Shown: in pieces, positions 62,760 to 64,000 of the stretch
How positions within the stretch are numbered: position 1 is the stretch's first letter
Layout of the letters: every line of letters starts with the position of its first letter
Origin: Harriotta raleighana
Taxonomy: Eukaryota
Assembly: GCA_050575255.1 (NCBI GenBank)
Contig: JBNZDD010013718.1
Location: 2,906,113-2,970,112, forward strand
DNA length: 64,000 nucleotides
Direction: 5' to 3'
Notes under the pieces: generated by a model
The model's database searches: none
Seen by the model: only the letters and a program-made list of their open reading frames with translations
Told to the model about the DNA's origin: nothing
Made by a program: the position numbers and the translations under genes

Positions 62760-63420
62760 CTGTGGCTTCATGGAATATCACTGACATAGACACTTCACAT
62801 CCTCTCTGGAATCCCCTGAACAACATTTTCCATTCTATCGCACACACGTTCTTTCCCTTTTAATCTTTCTCGCCTTCAATAAAAGCAAAGTTCATTCCGC
62901 CAATTGCTATCACCACCCAGAACCCTAAGTTTTGAAATCAACCTCATCGCTCCTTGAAACATCTGACTTGCACTGATGCTATTTTGAGGGTTGGATGCAC
63001 ACTCAGTATTTCAAAATGACTTTACTAATGATCTATACAAGGCCAGAATAACTTGTTTCGACTTATAGTCAAATATGCTTTAGGTGTGTTCTTGTGATTG
63101 ATTAGCTTTGTTGACAATGGCTTAGCATTGACTGAAAATTACCAGTAATGATCAGTAATCACTATGCGATCCTTTCCTTTCTGCCACTTCTTCATTGAAC
63201 AAACCAACATTTAATTGTTCGTTGCTCCATTTATGGGTTGGTCTCAAATCCATCTGCCTTTCCTTAACTCAGCCTAATTGCTCGAGATCTCTTTAAATGC
63301 CATTTCCTTCTTGAATAATTATGATTGGCAAGTGTGACTTTCTAACAAGAAATACTCAATCAGATTAATTTCCAAATAAGAATGTCACATCAGCAATCTA
63401 GAACAGGCACATGCAAGACT
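62760..63420 (-). mobile_element. Old CR1 RT fragment
   Basis: YKSKQVILALYRSLVK (CR1 YKS.EVIL.LY.SLVRP). Confidence 0.7.
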
Positions 63421-63569
63421 TCACTGCACACCCAGCTTTAGACAGAGCTGCTTCCAGTTTTCTAACCAGCCAGCTAATTGACCATTAATTCCACAAGCCT
63501 TAACTGACTCTTGAAGTCTTACATGGGAAATTCGATCAGATGCTTTCTGAACACATGAATAAATTATAT

Positions 63570-63850
63570 AATAATAATCCTTACATTCGACATAGCGCCA
63601 TTCATGTCAGACGAACAACTCAAAACGCTCTACGGGTTAGACTGGAAGTTGCAGTGAATGTGTATGTTTGTGGGCAAATGCGACAATCAATTTGTGCAGA
63701 CTGTAGGACAGCACAGTTGGTTTAATGACCCATTTGTAGGACAGCACTTTCAACAATGTAGAGCTACCCCAATACTATACTGGAATGTATAGTATTGGGG
63801 TAGTTATAGTGGGTTATAGTTTTAAGGACTTGAACCAACAAATGGGATAG
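63570..63850 (-). mobile_element. Internally deleted DeuSINE containing a perfect hairpin
   Basis: ataataatccttacattcg tail; ggacttgaacc head. Confidence 0.75.
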
Positions 63851-64000
63851 CCTGACACACAAACCATCTAACTCGAGAATTGTCACTGAATTGGTGTTTT
63901 AAACAAAATCATTAAACGGACAGTGGAAAAGAAATATCTATCAATAGATATAAATGTTAGTCACCAACAAATGCTATTATAAATGACTTAATAAGCGACT

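Overview
Vertebrate genomic DNA, AT-rich and repeat-dense. The repeat content (Deu-domain SINEs, CR1 and L2 LINEs) suggests a cartilaginous fish, which is an inference. Only one host coding feature is supported: the first coding exon of an alpha-arrestin, best matching ARRDC4, on the minus strand (ATG 1471, splice donor 1204/1203), with a CpG-island promoter at about 1480-2090. Everything to the right (about 62 kb) is upstream gene desert. By known synteny this would be the ARRDC4-NR2F2 regulatory desert. It contains many DeuSINEs, CR1/L2 fragments, a Tigger-like MITE, an unclassified TIR-bounded element, a decayed Harbinger transposase, a Crypton/Eulor-like hairpin with an adjacent coding relic, several candidate conserved non-coding elements and a CTCF-like site. 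Two tandem duplications abutting single Ns are probably assembly artefacts. Almost all ORFs in the supplied track are spurious or TE-derived. I found no convincing new multi-gene system. The best leads are TE-related and regulatory. All family assignments are from recalled motifs, not database searches.
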